DNA of 64,000 bases from Ophelia neglecta. Its lineage: Eukaryota. This document shows, piece by piece, positions 63,207-64,000 of the stretch. The stretch spans positions 31,496,001 through 31,560,000 of the forward strand of contig OZ260665.1 of assembly GCA_965285935.1 (NCBI GenBank). The letters are read 5' to 3'. The position numbers and the translations under genes are program-made. Positions within the stretch are counted from its first letter, which is position 1, and each line of letters opens with the position of its first letter. The notes below the pieces were generated by a model. It worked only from the letters and a program-made list of their open reading frames with translations. It was not told where the DNA came from and made no database searches.

Positions 63207-64000
63207 CCCACCAAGCCAAAAAACGTGTTTTAGATGTTTTAAAAATGTTAATTCAAAACATATAAACGTTTGAAAAAACCCAGATAAAACGTTTATTTAA
63301 CATTAATTTGTTGATTCTTATTAACATTTGTTTAATGTGTTTTAGAAACATTTTTAACATACGTTTTTATAATGTTTTTTCTCAAACGTCTTTTCAATGT
63401 TATTTTATTGGTTTTTAAACATATTTTTAACGTTTTTAAATAACATTTTAACAAACTTTTTTCCACAAACGTGTTTCCAACGTTATTTTGTTGGTGCTTT
63501 TTAACATATTTATAACGTTTAAAAAAAACATTCACAGTATTATTCCTTAAATGCGTTCTTTTTAACACAGTTTTAACATTTTTACAAAAACATTCTTAAC
63601 AAACGTTTTTTATAATGTTTTGTCTCAAACGTGTTTCCAACATTATTCTGTTGGCTTTTTTTAACATAATAATTATGTTAACGTTTTTAAAACATTCACA
63701 ATATTATTCCTTAAATGCGTTTTCAAGACTTTTTCTTCATTTAAACATTTAAATAATACAACATTTTCCAACTATTAACAAAGTTTATTTAATGGGGCAA
63801 CACTGCCATAAATGATAAAAGCTGTACTTTCACACAAATAAATCATGCATACCATAGCTTTCTAGCTTCCTAGAACATATAGCTTTCTTTAACATACTTT
63901 TTTATTGCATAAAGGTTTACAAATTTTTTAACGCTGCACATCTCAGGTGATTAACACAAATCTAAAAGCAATCTAAATTGAACATTAAACAAATGACAAT
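63207..64000. mobile_element. Second copy (left arm) of the CCC...GGG/TA non-autonomous DNA transposon; runs off the window
   Basis: TA|CCCACCAAGCCAAAAAACG.., colinear and highly similar to 35896-36696. Confidence 0.88.

Overview
AT-rich genomic DNA from an animal (spliceosomal GT-AG introns, probably a marine invertebrate); nothing in it is prokaryotic. I reconstructed three host genes by hand, all on the minus strand. (1) A 9-coding-exon bacterial-type (fold III, PLP) alanine-racemase-family gene at 20369-27100, about 430 aa. It keeps both catalytic bases but has unusual substitutions at phosphate-binding and specificity positions (Y43T, N203H/S204A, Y284F, Y354Q in G. stearothermophilus Alr numbering). 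(2) An intronless atonal-family bHLH gene at 41079-41663. (3) A 17-exon TMC (transmembrane channel-like) gene at 52354-60128, about 793 aa, lying about 10.7 kb upstream of the atonal gene. The first 19 kb is a retroelement cluster: a young Neptune-type Penelope-like element with an inverted duplication and a minimal hammerhead ribozyme, a foldback carrying a degenerate hammerhead, three decayed RTE-X-like LINEs and an L2/Crack fragment. Several non-autonomous DNA transposons lie further along: a Harbinger derivative, two CCC..GGG/TA elements (one carrying a palindromic 27-bp minisatellite) and Tc1/mariner MITEs. Family assignments rest on recalled motifs; no database searches were run.
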